64,000 bases of DNA from an uncultured virus (IMG/VR IMGVR_UViG_3300029775_000206) (lineage: Duplodnaviria; Heunggongvirae; Uroviricota; Caudoviricetes), in the IMG/VR virus record IMGVR_UViG_3300029775_000206, positions 1 through 64,000 of that record; one strand, written 5' to 3'. Below, in pieces: positions 39,398 through 48,006 of the stretch. The first letter of the stretch is position 1, and the number at the start of each line of letters is the position of its first letter. The notes beneath the pieces are model-generated. The model had not been told where the DNA came from. It worked only from the letters and a program-made list of their open reading frames with translations, and did no database searches. Both the position numbers and the translations under genes were made by a program.

Positions 39398-40550
39398 ATA
39401 TTTCAGCCGCCTTTCTTAAATTTGTGTACATATTGACATTCTCCCAAGGAAACAGGCAGGAGTTGAAATGTCCATAAACCGCCGTATCGGAATAAATAAC
39501 ATTTCTTAAGTGTAGTTTTTCGATGATTGCAGCCGGCCTTAGGTTAAACACTTCCTGCACAATACTGATAAGCTGATCATCGGTGAGTTTTCCTGTTCCA
39601 AAAGATGTCACATCAACCGCCACAGGATTTGCTTTTCCTATGGCATAAGAAAGAGCGACCTCACATTCCTCTGCAAGACCGCTCCATACGATATTTTTTG
39701 CAATGTAGCGAGCCATATAGGCACCGCTTCGATCAACCTTAGTCGGGTCCTTGCCGCAAAGGGCACCTCCGCCATGAGATGCAAGGCCGCCATAGGTATC
39801 GACCATGATTTTCCTGCCTGTCAGACCTGTATCGACAGCGGGACCACCTTCTACAAATCTGCCGGAGGGGTTAATGAGAATTTCGGTATCATCATCAAAC
39901 GGGAAATCCTCAAAGCACTGCCAAAGTACATTATTAAGTATATCTGATTTCAGTTCTTCCTGGGTTTTGTCCTTATCATGCTGGACTGAAACTACAATGG
40001 CTTTTACACGTTTGGGTTTACCGTCCTCATATTCTACCGTTACCTGTGCTTTGCCATCCGGTAGAATTCCTTTGATGATTTTTCCTTTACGGCAGTCATC
40101 AATTCGCTTTACAAGGCGATGGGAAAGCACCAGTGGAAGGGGCAGGTTCTTACTGGTTTCATTAGTTGCATATCCGTAAACCGTACCTTGGTCTCCGGCA
40201 CCCACAGAACCGTATGGATCAATGATACCATTTCTTGCTTCAAGTGCATTATCCACACCTGCCGCAATATCTGCACTTTGATGGTGTACGAACACAAATA
40301 CCGTGAACTTCCACGGATTGTATCCGACCTCACGAAGTACATTTTTTACGATGAAGCGGATATCCACTTTACCGCTGCAGGTGATTTCGCCCGCCACGAT
40401 AATTTTGCCTTTAGTAGCCATGATCTCGCAGGCCACACGGGAAGCTTTATCCTTACGCATACAAGCATCCAAAATATTGTCAGCAATGAGGTCGCAGAGT
40501 TTATCCGGATGTCCCATGCAGACACTTTCTGCTGTTTTATAAGTAACCAT
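39372..40550 (-). CDS. metK: S-adenosylmethionine synthetase
   Basis: ESV..GHPDK.CD, GAGDQG, GGGALCGKDPTKVDRS. Confidence 0.95.
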   Translation of the reverse strand: MVTYKTAESVCMGHPDKLCDLIADNILDACMRKDKASRVACEIMATKGKIIVAGEITCSGKVDIRFIVKNVLREVGYNPWKFTVFVFVHHQSADIAAGVDNALEARNGIIDPYGSVGAGDQGTVYGYATNETSKNLPLPLVLSHRLVKRIDDCRKGKIIKGILPDGKAQVTVEYEDGKPKRVKAIVVSVQHDKDKTQEELKSDILNNVLWQCFEDFPFDDDTEILINPSGRFVEGGPAVDTGLTGRKIMVDTYGGLASHGGGALCGKDPTKVDRSGAYMARYIAKNIVWSGLAEECEVALSYAIGKANPVAVDVTSFGTGKLTDDQLISIVQEVFNLRPAAIIEKLHLRNVIYSDTAVYGHFNSCLFPWENVNMYTNLRKAAEIYADRKTEN

Positions 40551-40570
40551 AATTTTCTCTCCTATCTCAT

Positions 40571-41122
40571 TTATTTTCCTCTCCTTGCCGTGAGCAGACG
40601 TTCCATTACATCGTCCTGAGGATTAATACCGCTGTATTCACCAGTGCAGTTTTCCTTGACGATTTGGAATATCTCCATCCACAGCCGATTGGTTTGGTTC
40701 ATGTAATTCTGACCCATTGCCACATAGGGACTTTGAATGGCATTGCCCGTAGTCGGGTGCTTTGCTAAAAAGCCATATTCTGTAACTGCCTCCTCGCATT
40801 GAATCCAACGAGCCACGCTCATGGCATAACGTTCTAAAAGCTGCGGGGAGACAAGTGCGGCACACCCACGTTCGTTCAACCACTGCCATGTATTTCTGTA
40901 GATTTCTCCTGCAACCAGTGTCTTGCCGTCCTTTTGTATAGCTTCGAGCATTTTATTTGGTTCAGGCATTTCAAGTCCTTTTAGGTCTGCTGTATCTTTA
41001 AATTCCATCACGGTCAGTTTCCTGCCGCCGGGATTGCCTTCGGCGATTTTGTCAGCAATGGGCTTCTTTTTAGCACCTGCACCAACACGAGCACCGCCTC
41101 GATTTGTACCGTCTTTTGCCAT
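40571..41122 (-). CDS. terS: Terminase small subunit (P27-like)
   Basis: RGGAR.GAG.K.K, GNPG; follows the HNH gene. Confidence 0.85.
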   Translation of the reverse strand: MAKDGTNRGGARVGAGAKKKPIADKIAEGNPGGRKLTVMEFKDTADLKGLEMPEPNKMLEAIQKDGKTLVAGEIYRNTWQWLNERGCAALVSPQLLERYAMSVARWIQCEEAVTEYGFLAKHPTTGNAIQSPYVAMGQNYMNQTNRLWMEIFQIVKENCTGEYSGINPQDDVMERLLTARRGK

Positions 41123-41237
41123 ATTTTCACCTCACTTAGCAAAGCTGGGGTTATTCCCTCGTTTGAAACTGCGTTTTTTAACACGAAGCCCCACGCCGCT
41201 GTCCGCTTAAAAAAGTTTTGAAGATTTTACCTCCCCC

Positions 41238-41394
41238 TGATCCGTACCCCGAAATTTGGACAGTCATTGATTGAAATTCGAGAGTGTGAAATCAAAATCA
41301 TCACACAAANNNNNNNNNNAGGAACATTATATCACGGATTCAGCTTTCGGATTTCAAGTTTGATTATTTTGTCCGAACAACGGGGTACACTTCA
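41238..41394. mobile_element. IS3-family-like insertion sequence, body collapsed into an N gap
   Basis: IRs TGATCCGTACCCCGAAATTTGGACA / TGAAGTGTACCCCGTTGTTCGGACA, flanked by a CCCC duplication. Confidence 0.82.
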
Positions 41395-41747
41395 CCCCAC
41401 CGGCCGCCGCTTTCGGCAGTGATTCGAGAGTGGCAGGATTTACAAAGAGCCATGAGGTTACTCTTCTCATTGCCGCCGCCCTTGGAGAGCGGGAGGATGT
41501 GGTGTATCTCTTCGGCAGGAGTGAGCTTACCTTGCTTCTCACATTCCTCACAGAGAGGATGCGACTTGATGTAACGGTCACGGATGCGTTTCCAGGCACG
41601 ACCATATCGTTTGTTTGAGGCAGGGTCTCGTTCGTATTGGTTGTAATGTTTGTCCATTGCTTTTTGATGCTCGGCACAGTATTGCCCGCTGTCTGCAAGC
41701 CGACCGCAGCCGGGATAAGCGCAGGGACGTTTTGGTTTCTTAGGCAT
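41364..41747 (-). CDS. Packaging-associated HNH endonuclease, last residues replaced by IS sequence
   Basis: C...GC, HPLCEEC, HH, NLMALCKSCH. Confidence 0.9.
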   Translation of the reverse strand: MPKKPKRPCAYPGCGRLADSGQYCAEHQKAMDKHYNQYERDPASNKRYGRAWKRIRDRYIKSHPLCEECEKQGKLTPAEEIHHILPLSKGGGNEKSNLMALCKSCHSRITAESGGRWGEVYPVVRTK

Positions 41748-41859
41748 AAAACACCTCCTTTTAAGCATAAGAAAAGCCCTCGCAGGAGAATTTGCTCCCG
41801 TGAAGGCTGTTTCCTAATATTTCATACTACCATTATATAACTTACACTATGGACAAACA

Positions 41860-41899
41860 GTGTCAGCGTGTGCCATACTGTGCCAAAGTGTGCCAACTT
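41860..41899. promoter_or_regulatory. Four 10-bp-phased GTGYCA repeats, probable late-activator sites
   Basis: gtgtcagcgt gtgccatact gtgccaaagt gtgccaactt, between the activator gene and HNH/terS. Confidence 0.65.
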
Positions 41900-41900
41900 T

Positions 41901-42311
41901 TTATTTTGGAATCTTTAAGTGATGCAAAGCTGATGAATGAAGTCTGTGAACAGTACGCATTGACACATTAAGGTTGACACAAATTTCTTCCCAGTTAAGA
42001 AAGTTGATGTAGCGGTAACGAAGCAGCAGTTTTTCGTCCACGTTCTCCATCCGGTTAACCGCCTCACGGATATCTGTCTTCAGCTTTACCAAGCGGTCGA
42101 CCTCTTGCTGTATCTGTTTCTCCAAATCTACTATCCTAACCACATACTTTACAAAGGGCGGGTCAGTATTCTTTGTTCCGCTGACTTTTTCCTCAAGCAC
42201 AGGAGACGAAATGCTTCTTGATAAATCCCTTAAACCCTGCAGTTCCTCAAGGTCAGAATTTATTAGTTCATTCAGCCGGTACGCCTGTTTCAGAAATTCC
42301 TTTGCTGTCAT
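41901..42311 (-). CDS. RinA/ArpU-like late transcriptional activator
   Basis: MTAKEFL.Q, LLRYRY...WEEI...NVS.RTV HTH. Confidence 0.8.
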   Translation of the reverse strand: MTAKEFLKQAYRLNELINSDLEELQGLRDLSRSISSPVLEEKVSGTKNTDPPFVKYVVRIVDLEKQIQQEVDRLVKLKTDIREAVNRMENVDEKLLLRYRYINFLNWEEICVNLNVSMRTVHRLHSSALHHLKIPK

Positions 42312-42529
42312 CGCACCACCTCCTCCTGTAGCTTTTGGATTAGCATCTCATGGTCAATGGAGGTTATGTCAGAGAAAAAACCGGAGCGAAAGAAACGCTC
42401 AACCTCACGTTTCGTATACAAAGCCGACTCATTATGAGGGTGTTTTGCCAATCTTTTCAGTGCAAAGCGGTAATCCTTAACTGCCTGCAGAACAATAGCA
42501 TTTGCCAGCTTTTCATATGCATCCGTCAT
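42308..42529 (-). CDS. Conserved phage hypothetical protein
   Basis: LANAIVLQAVKDYR...ERFFRS. Confidence 0.7.
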   Translation of the reverse strand: MTDAYEKLANAIVLQAVKDYRFALKRLAKHPHNESALYTKREVERFFRSGFFSDITSIDHEMLIQKLQEEVVR

Positions 42530-43887
42530 ACGCTATCCCTCGCTTTCCCAAGATTTGCTTTGACCGCATTGATAAGGTCGGACTGTGTCTTTTCCTTTCG
42601 TTTCAAGGCTCTCATGACATCTTCGTCAATAGTGCCTTTGGTAATAATGTGATGTATAACCACCGTTTCATTTTGACCTTGTCTCCAAAGTCTCGCATTC
42701 ATCTGCTGATACAGTTCCAGGCTCCAGGTAAGTCCAAACCAGATAAGGGTTGAACCCCCACTTTGCAAGTTGAGACCATGCCCTGCTGATGCCGGATGGA
42801 TAACCGCAGCAGTTATATCACCGTTGTTCCAATCCTTTATATCCTTGGAAGTCTTGATTTCTCGAACTTTGAATCTTGCCTTAATACGCTCCAAATCATG
42901 ATTATACCAATAGGCAATAAGCACAGGTTTGCCGTTTGTACCTTCGATTAAATCTTCAAGGGCATCCAGCTTGCGGTCATGAATAAAATGGGCTTTTTTA
43001 TCCTCATCATAGACAGCGCCGTTAGCCATCTGCAGAAGCTTGCCTGAAAGGACTGCTGCATTCATAGCATCAATTTCTTCATCGGCAAGTGCAAGAACCA
43101 TATCTTCACGAAAGCTGTCATATACCGACTGCTCTTTTTCACTTAAGTACACAGGTACTTCATTGATTACGCATTCCGGCATTTTCAGAAAATCCACTGA
43201 CTTCATGGAAATCGTAATATCCGAAATGAGTCTGTATATTTCATCTTCTGCCCCAGGTAGCGGTTTATATGAAAACACAATCTGCTGATTTCTTTTATCC
43301 GGAGTAAAAAAAGAATTGCGGTAGTGAGTTATGTACCTGCCGAGTCTTTTACCCATGTCGAGGATACGAAACTCTGCCCACAAATCCATTAATCCGTTAC
43401 TGGATGGTGTACCCGTAAGGCCAACAATACGCTTTACCTGGGGCCTTACTTTAAGCAAGCTTTTGAACCTTTTTGAACCATAGGACTTAAAGGATGAGAG
43501 TTCATCAATGACCACCATATCGTAATCAAATGAAATACCGCTTTTGTTTACCAACCAATCTACATTTTCCCTGTTTATAAGATAGATGCTTGCAGGTTTC
43601 CTAAGTGCTGCCAAACGCTCCTGCTCTGTACCGATTGCCATCGAAAACTTCAGCTCTTTTAAATGCTCCCACTTATTTATCTCAGCTGGCCAAGTATCCC
43701 TTGCTACCCGGAGTGGGGCAATGACCAGAACCTTTCCAATTTCGAAGCTGTCAAGGCACAAATCAAATATAGCAGTTAGTGTAATTACGCTCTTGCCAAG
43801 ACCCATCTCTAAAAATACTGCGGCTATGGGATGCTCTAAAATGAATTTGGTCGCATAGATCTGATATTTATGAGGATTGTATTTCAT
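42526..43887 (-). CDS. SNF2-family helicase
   Basis: MGLGKS, IDELS, LTGTP, GHGLNLQ, RLWRQGQ. Confidence 0.92.
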   Translation of the reverse strand: MKYNPHKYQIYATKFILEHPIAAVFLEMGLGKSVITLTAIFDLCLDSFEIGKVLVIAPLRVARDTWPAEINKWEHLKELKFSMAIGTEQERLAALRKPASIYLINRENVDWLVNKSGISFDYDMVVIDELSSFKSYGSKRFKSLLKVRPQVKRIVGLTGTPSSNGLMDLWAEFRILDMGKRLGRYITHYRNSFFTPDKRNQQIVFSYKPLPGAEDEIYRLISDITISMKSVDFLKMPECVINEVPVYLSEKEQSVYDSFREDMVLALADEEIDAMNAAVLSGKLLQMANGAVYDEDKKAHFIHDRKLDALEDLIEGTNGKPVLIAYWYNHDLERIKARFKVREIKTSKDIKDWNNGDITAAVIHPASAGHGLNLQSGGSTLIWFGLTWSLELYQQMNARLWRQGQNETVVIHHIITKGTIDEDVMRALKRKEKTQSDLINAVKANLGKARDSV

Positions 43888-44149
43888 CGAGTATCCCTCC
43901 AATCTGTTCATCATCGTCAATTACATAGCAAGCAAAGCCTAACTTCCGTAACTGCTTTATTCTTCTAATCTGCAGCTGACGAGGTTTCCCGCCAGGAGCC
44001 TTTAATTCTGCAAATGCCATCTTCCCATGTGGTAAAAGCAATAGTCGGTCTGGCATCCCATCTAAACCGGGACTAACAAACTTCGCCGCAATGCCTCCCA
44101 TCTTTTTTACCGCCGTTACAAGCTTCTTTTCGATATATTTTTCAAGCAT
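43868..44149 (-). CDS. VRR-NUC domain nuclease
   Basis: E..IE, G.PDR, F.ELKAPG...Q. Confidence 0.88.
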   Translation of the reverse strand: MLEKYIEKKLVTAVKKMGGIAAKFVSPGLDGMPDRLLLLPHGKMAFAELKAPGGKPRQLQIRRIKQLRKLGFACYVIDDDEQIGGILDEIQSS

Positions 44150-44365
44150 AAATACCTCCTATATAAAAGGCTCGGAACAAGAAAACAACTTTGACCTATT
44201 TTTCCTATACGCGCGCATATATGCGTATGCACAGGCTGCAATTTCTTCTTTTTGTCATTTGTTATTAAATAGATACTTCTTGTTCCACTTGTTCCAAACC
44301 GCCATTCTTTCTTGTTTTATCAACACTTGAGGGAGAACAAGACTGGGAACAACGCAGGGAACAGC

Positions 44366-46732
44366 CTATGCCTGTTCCTCACATCGGGAGTAGGCTCGCT
44401 GTTTTCCGTAGACAGGAAACATCACAACCCCATTCTTGTTCCCGGAGTACTTGTTCCATTCACTGATCTTTCTCATAATGGCTCCAATGGCATAGGAATC
44501 AGATGTTTTCATTGATGATGCATCTTTGCCAAAACACTCACACCAAATCTCCATATTGCAGACAAGGGTTCTTTTTACAGTTCCAACACGGGTGCCGCCG
44601 CCAAATTCGCTGCCGCCGAGGAAATTTCGACGCTCGTATAAAGACATTGTGTCCCAGTCATCCGGCAAAAGGGTATCCAGATAAGTGCGAACCAGACCCT
44701 CTCGTTCATCGGTTTCCATTGCATCAGCCTGCTCACTGATTGCTAAGTGCACATCATCACCTTCAAGGTAGAGTTTTTCACCCTTCTCATAAAGCACCAG
44801 CGTCTCTGCCCAAATCTGCTGTACTTCCTCTTTTGTCATCTGCCATGCTTTCTTTTTGCCGTTGCCGCTGATACGCACCGGCCAAAATCTTCTGTTGCCT
44901 GTAATATCACGAAGAAAGCCGCTCTCTGCATTGGTAGAACCCACAATCACACACTGACGGGGATGGCTTTCAACATTGACTCCATAGCTTGCACGGTACT
45001 TGTCATCAGACCTTGATATAAAGGACTTCACAACCTCCACATCGGTCTTACGCATTCCGGCAAGCTCACCAAGTTCCAGCATCCAATATCCCTGCAATTT
45101 TTCAGGACCGGCCTTATCCTTCATATCCGTAATGGTCAAACTGTCTGAAAACCAATCTCCGGCAAGTTTGGCAAAGAAGGTAGACTTGCCGATGCCTTGG
45201 GGACCGTTTAGGATAAGGACACTGTCAAACTTTGTACCAGGTCTATAAATACGGGCTACCGCCGCGGCCATTGTTTTGCGAATGACTGCTTTTGTATAGG
45301 AATTATCCGCTGCACCGAAATAATCGATGAGCAGATTTTCCACCCGGCTAATGCCATCCCATTTCGGCAGGGAGTTCAGATACTCCTTAATGGGATGGTA
45401 GGCTCTTTCTGCAGCTACTGCTAACACAGCATCCTTGGTCTTGGTGGGAGAATAAACTCCGTATTTACTGCTTAGGTACACCTTAAGCAGTGCGTTGTCT
45501 GAGTCATTCCAGCCAACCTTTATCTGTTCCCAGGGCAGACCGCCTTTGGCGTCAATGCCATCACGGTGGCAGTTGAAAGCAATATGCTGCAAATCCTTAT
45601 CGTGCCTAATAATAAGGACGATATTGTCCAGTGTATCTTTTATTCGCCCTTGCTTATCCAGTTCCAAGCCTGTCTGCCAATCCTCATCGCTAAACTCCTC
45701 TTCAGCCTGAGCCTGTCTTTCCTTGGCAAACTCAGCTTTCACCGCTTCATCTTTTATAGCAAACTCGCACATTGCTGCAAAAGACGGCATTTTTCCAGGA
45801 GCTGCAGTCGCAGAAGCCTTATCATCTAAAGAACCAAATTTATGAATACGAACAAGGTCAAAGCCGTTGAGGAGTAGGCCGCTTGCCGGGTCAGTGGCAT
45901 GGTGGCTGTATACAAATTTATCATCATAGATAATCACACCGGCACTGCTGTCAGCCGGGATATAGTCATAACGCCCTTCCATGGCAGATGGGGCATAAAC
46001 TGCACCTAAGAATTTCTCAATTGCCTCTCGAACGGGGTAGGCACGGCAGAAAGCTCCTACCACACCTTCCTTTAAAAGCGGATCTGCCTGCTCTTTAAGA
46101 CTGCGGTTAATAACTTCAGACTGCCTGCTTGATACCGGCCAAGTTGATGTATCATGCCAATTTTCATATTTAGAAAGATATATGTCAGGGTCAAGTAATG
46201 CTCCGTCCTGTTCCTCATAGACAAATTCGCCGTTAGAGGATGTGGATGGCCAATACATAAGGCGATGTGCTTCATATGTCGTATCATCGAAAAGATCAAT
46301 ACCGATTTCTTTTGCCACCATACGCCCAACAGCTGCATATTCTTCTTCACTGACTTCACGAACAAGCGGGATGATGAGCCTGAGTCTCGGATTTTCGGGA
46401 GTGTGCTTATGGGTGGAGTAGACACAGCATTTGAAATCAAAGAGCATCGTGATTTGCTCCCAAATATCCGGCTTGCCGTAATCCATATCAAGGGTAAGCA
46501 AAGAACGGCATAAAACATTGCCCTTCTTTCGTCTTCCTTCTTTTAGGTGCCCTCCGACAAAGCCGCCCACATCCTTGATATCATCCTGTCCGCCTCTTTT
46601 TAATTTCCGATACTCTTCTGCCGTTTCCGTGGTACGCTGTGTCGTCTTTACACGGGAGCAAAAATCCTCCCATGAAATATCTTTGTTTTTCCACTTCCTG
46701 TCCATCCGGCTGTTGCCAACTGAAATTTTCAT
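44366..46732 (-). CDS. Primase/helicase (VirE/VapE family)
   Basis: LDMD, STHKH..PRLR primase region; GPQGIGKST; TGNRRFWP. Confidence 0.9.
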   Translation of the reverse strand: MKISVGNSRMDRKWKNKDISWEDFCSRVKTTQRTTETAEEYRKLKRGGQDDIKDVGGFVGGHLKEGRRKKGNVLCRSLLTLDMDYGKPDIWEQITMLFDFKCCVYSTHKHTPENPRLRLIIPLVREVSEEEYAAVGRMVAKEIGIDLFDDTTYEAHRLMYWPSTSSNGEFVYEEQDGALLDPDIYLSKYENWHDTSTWPVSSRQSEVINRSLKEQADPLLKEGVVGAFCRAYPVREAIEKFLGAVYAPSAMEGRYDYIPADSSAGVIIYDDKFVYSHHATDPASGLLLNGFDLVRIHKFGSLDDKASATAAPGKMPSFAAMCEFAIKDEAVKAEFAKERQAQAEEEFSDEDWQTGLELDKQGRIKDTLDNIVLIIRHDKDLQHIAFNCHRDGIDAKGGLPWEQIKVGWNDSDNALLKVYLSSKYGVYSPTKTKDAVLAVAAERAYHPIKEYLNSLPKWDGISRVENLLIDYFGAADNSYTKAVIRKTMAAAVARIYRPGTKFDSVLILNGPQGIGKSTFFAKLAGDWFSDSLTITDMKDKAGPEKLQGYWMLELGELAGMRKTDVEVVKSFISRSDDKYRASYGVNVESHPRQCVIVGSTNAESGFLRDITGNRRFWPVRISGNGKKKAWQMTKEEVQQIWAETLVLYEKGEKLYLEGDDVHLAISEQADAMETDEREGLVRTYLDTLLPDDWDTMSLYERRNFLGGSEFGGGTRVGTVKRTLVCNMEIWCECFGKDASSMKTSDSYAIGAIMRKISEWNKYSGNKNGVVMFPVYGKQRAYSRCEEQA

Positions 46733-47163
46733 AAACTTTCGACCTCCTCATACTCCGGACTAAAATATCTGACCGTCTGTCTGCGTTTTTTGGCTACTTC
46801 AATCTCCCTTGCCATACCGCTTGAGATGGTATTTCCAAGCACCCATACCTCAGAGCATTTTCCCATAAGTACGATATCCATAAATATAGCAAGTTCTCGT
46901 TCCTCTAAATTTTCATCATTCATAAACTGCGGAAACATAAGATGCGGAGCAATAGGGATACAGTTTTGCTCTAGGGCAAATCTGCAGAATGTGCAAGCTT
47001 TTTTCACGTTTCCTTCTATATCACCAGAATAGGGGGAACAGATATACACAAGGGGCTTGAAGGCAGATTTCTTTTCTGCCTTCTCCTCTCTAATAATGTT
47101 GGTCAGTGCTTCATGAGGAGTCGGGTCATAATACCCTTCCGAATTGTATTTGTTGATTCCCAT
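46729..47163 (-). CDS. DUF4406/nucleoside deoxyribosyltransferase-like protein
   Basis: VYICSPYSGD, PIAPH, S.GM..E. Confidence 0.7.
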   Translation of the reverse strand: MGINKYNSEGYYDPTPHEALTNIIREEKAEKKSAFKPLVYICSPYSGDIEGNVKKACTFCRFALEQNCIPIAPHLMFPQFMNDENLEERELAIFMDIVLMGKCSEVWVLGNTISSGMAREIEVAKKRRQTVRYFSPEYEEVESL

Positions 47164-47915
47164 TACACATCCTCCATTTCTATCTGCGGCAGAATACCAT
47201 CTGCCTTCATCAGTTCGTAAATGAAGAGTCTGCCTTTTTGTGTCCAGTAGGTATGAACCTTTGTGTGCTGTTCCCCGTTACTGCCAAGGTAGCTGTGTGT
47301 CTTGGTGCTGGTATAGCCTTTTTCCGCATATTTCTGATATAAAAGCCATATGTCGCCCTGCTTAAACTGGATGCCTTTTTCATGAAGATAACGGTTCATC
47401 CAAATGGCTGACTTACCATAATCCTTGGCAATTGCCGATGTGGAAATAAGATCTTTGCAATTTAGCACCACATCGTAATAGGACGCCTTTGGCTTCATTT
47501 CTGTAATCTGCTGATTCTGAACAGCAATCGTACCTTCAAGCATTTTATTTTGATGTCTTACCTGGGTTAGCTGCTGATTTGCAAACTGTAATGCCCTCGC
47601 CATGATTGCTTCAGGGGAATTCCATTTCCTCTCAATTTCAAGAAAGTATTGACGGCACTGCTTCCCTTTTGGAGTACGCTGAATCATGCATAGCTCTTTT
47701 GCCATATCAATGGTCAGCTGATGATCTATGCTTGGTCTGCCTCCGGTACTTTCGCTCAAAAATGAGCTAAAGTCTGTACCTTCCAAAAATCCGTACTCAC
47801 ACATTCTTGGAAACCAGTCTTTATACGCTGTCTTTACTTCCAAAGCTTCGTGCAAATCACGGCCAAGCACGGTGGGGCGGTCATTTTCATATTTGATTCT
47901 TACTAATTCGTCCAT
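47163..47915 (-). CDS. Phage antirepressor (AntA/B + KilAC domains)
   Basis: RDLHEAL, DMAKELCM, KPKASYYD, WTQKGR.FI. Confidence 0.88.
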   Translation of the reverse strand: MDELVRIKYENDRPTVLGRDLHEALEVKTAYKDWFPRMCEYGFLEGTDFSSFLSESTGGRPSIDHQLTIDMAKELCMIQRTPKGKQCRQYFLEIERKWNSPEAIMARALQFANQQLTQVRHQNKMLEGTIAVQNQQITEMKPKASYYDVVLNCKDLISTSAIAKDYGKSAIWMNRYLHEKGIQFKQGDIWLLYQKYAEKGYTSTKTHSYLGSNGEQHTKVHTYWTQKGRLFIYELMKADGILPQIEMEDV

Positions 47916-47955
47916 ACGAATTACCTCCTGTAATATAGTCAGAGAGGAAACCCCT

Positions 47956-47991
47956 CTACCTAATAGCCACAGGAGGTAATGAAAGTTGAGG
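47956..47991 (-). promoter_or_regulatory. Conserved phage promoter-like motif, copy 2
   Basis: CCTCAACTT-14 bp-GGCTA-TT-AGGTAG. Confidence 0.7.
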
Positions 47992-48006
47992 ATTTAAAAA
48001 ATTAAT

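Noticed and set aside
38435..39436. 333-aa plus-strand ORF
   Set aside because: Antisense shadow of the methyltransferase with no recognisable motifs.
41354..41698. Alternative-frame ORF over the HNH gene
   Set aside because: No motifs, and it ends inside IS sequence.
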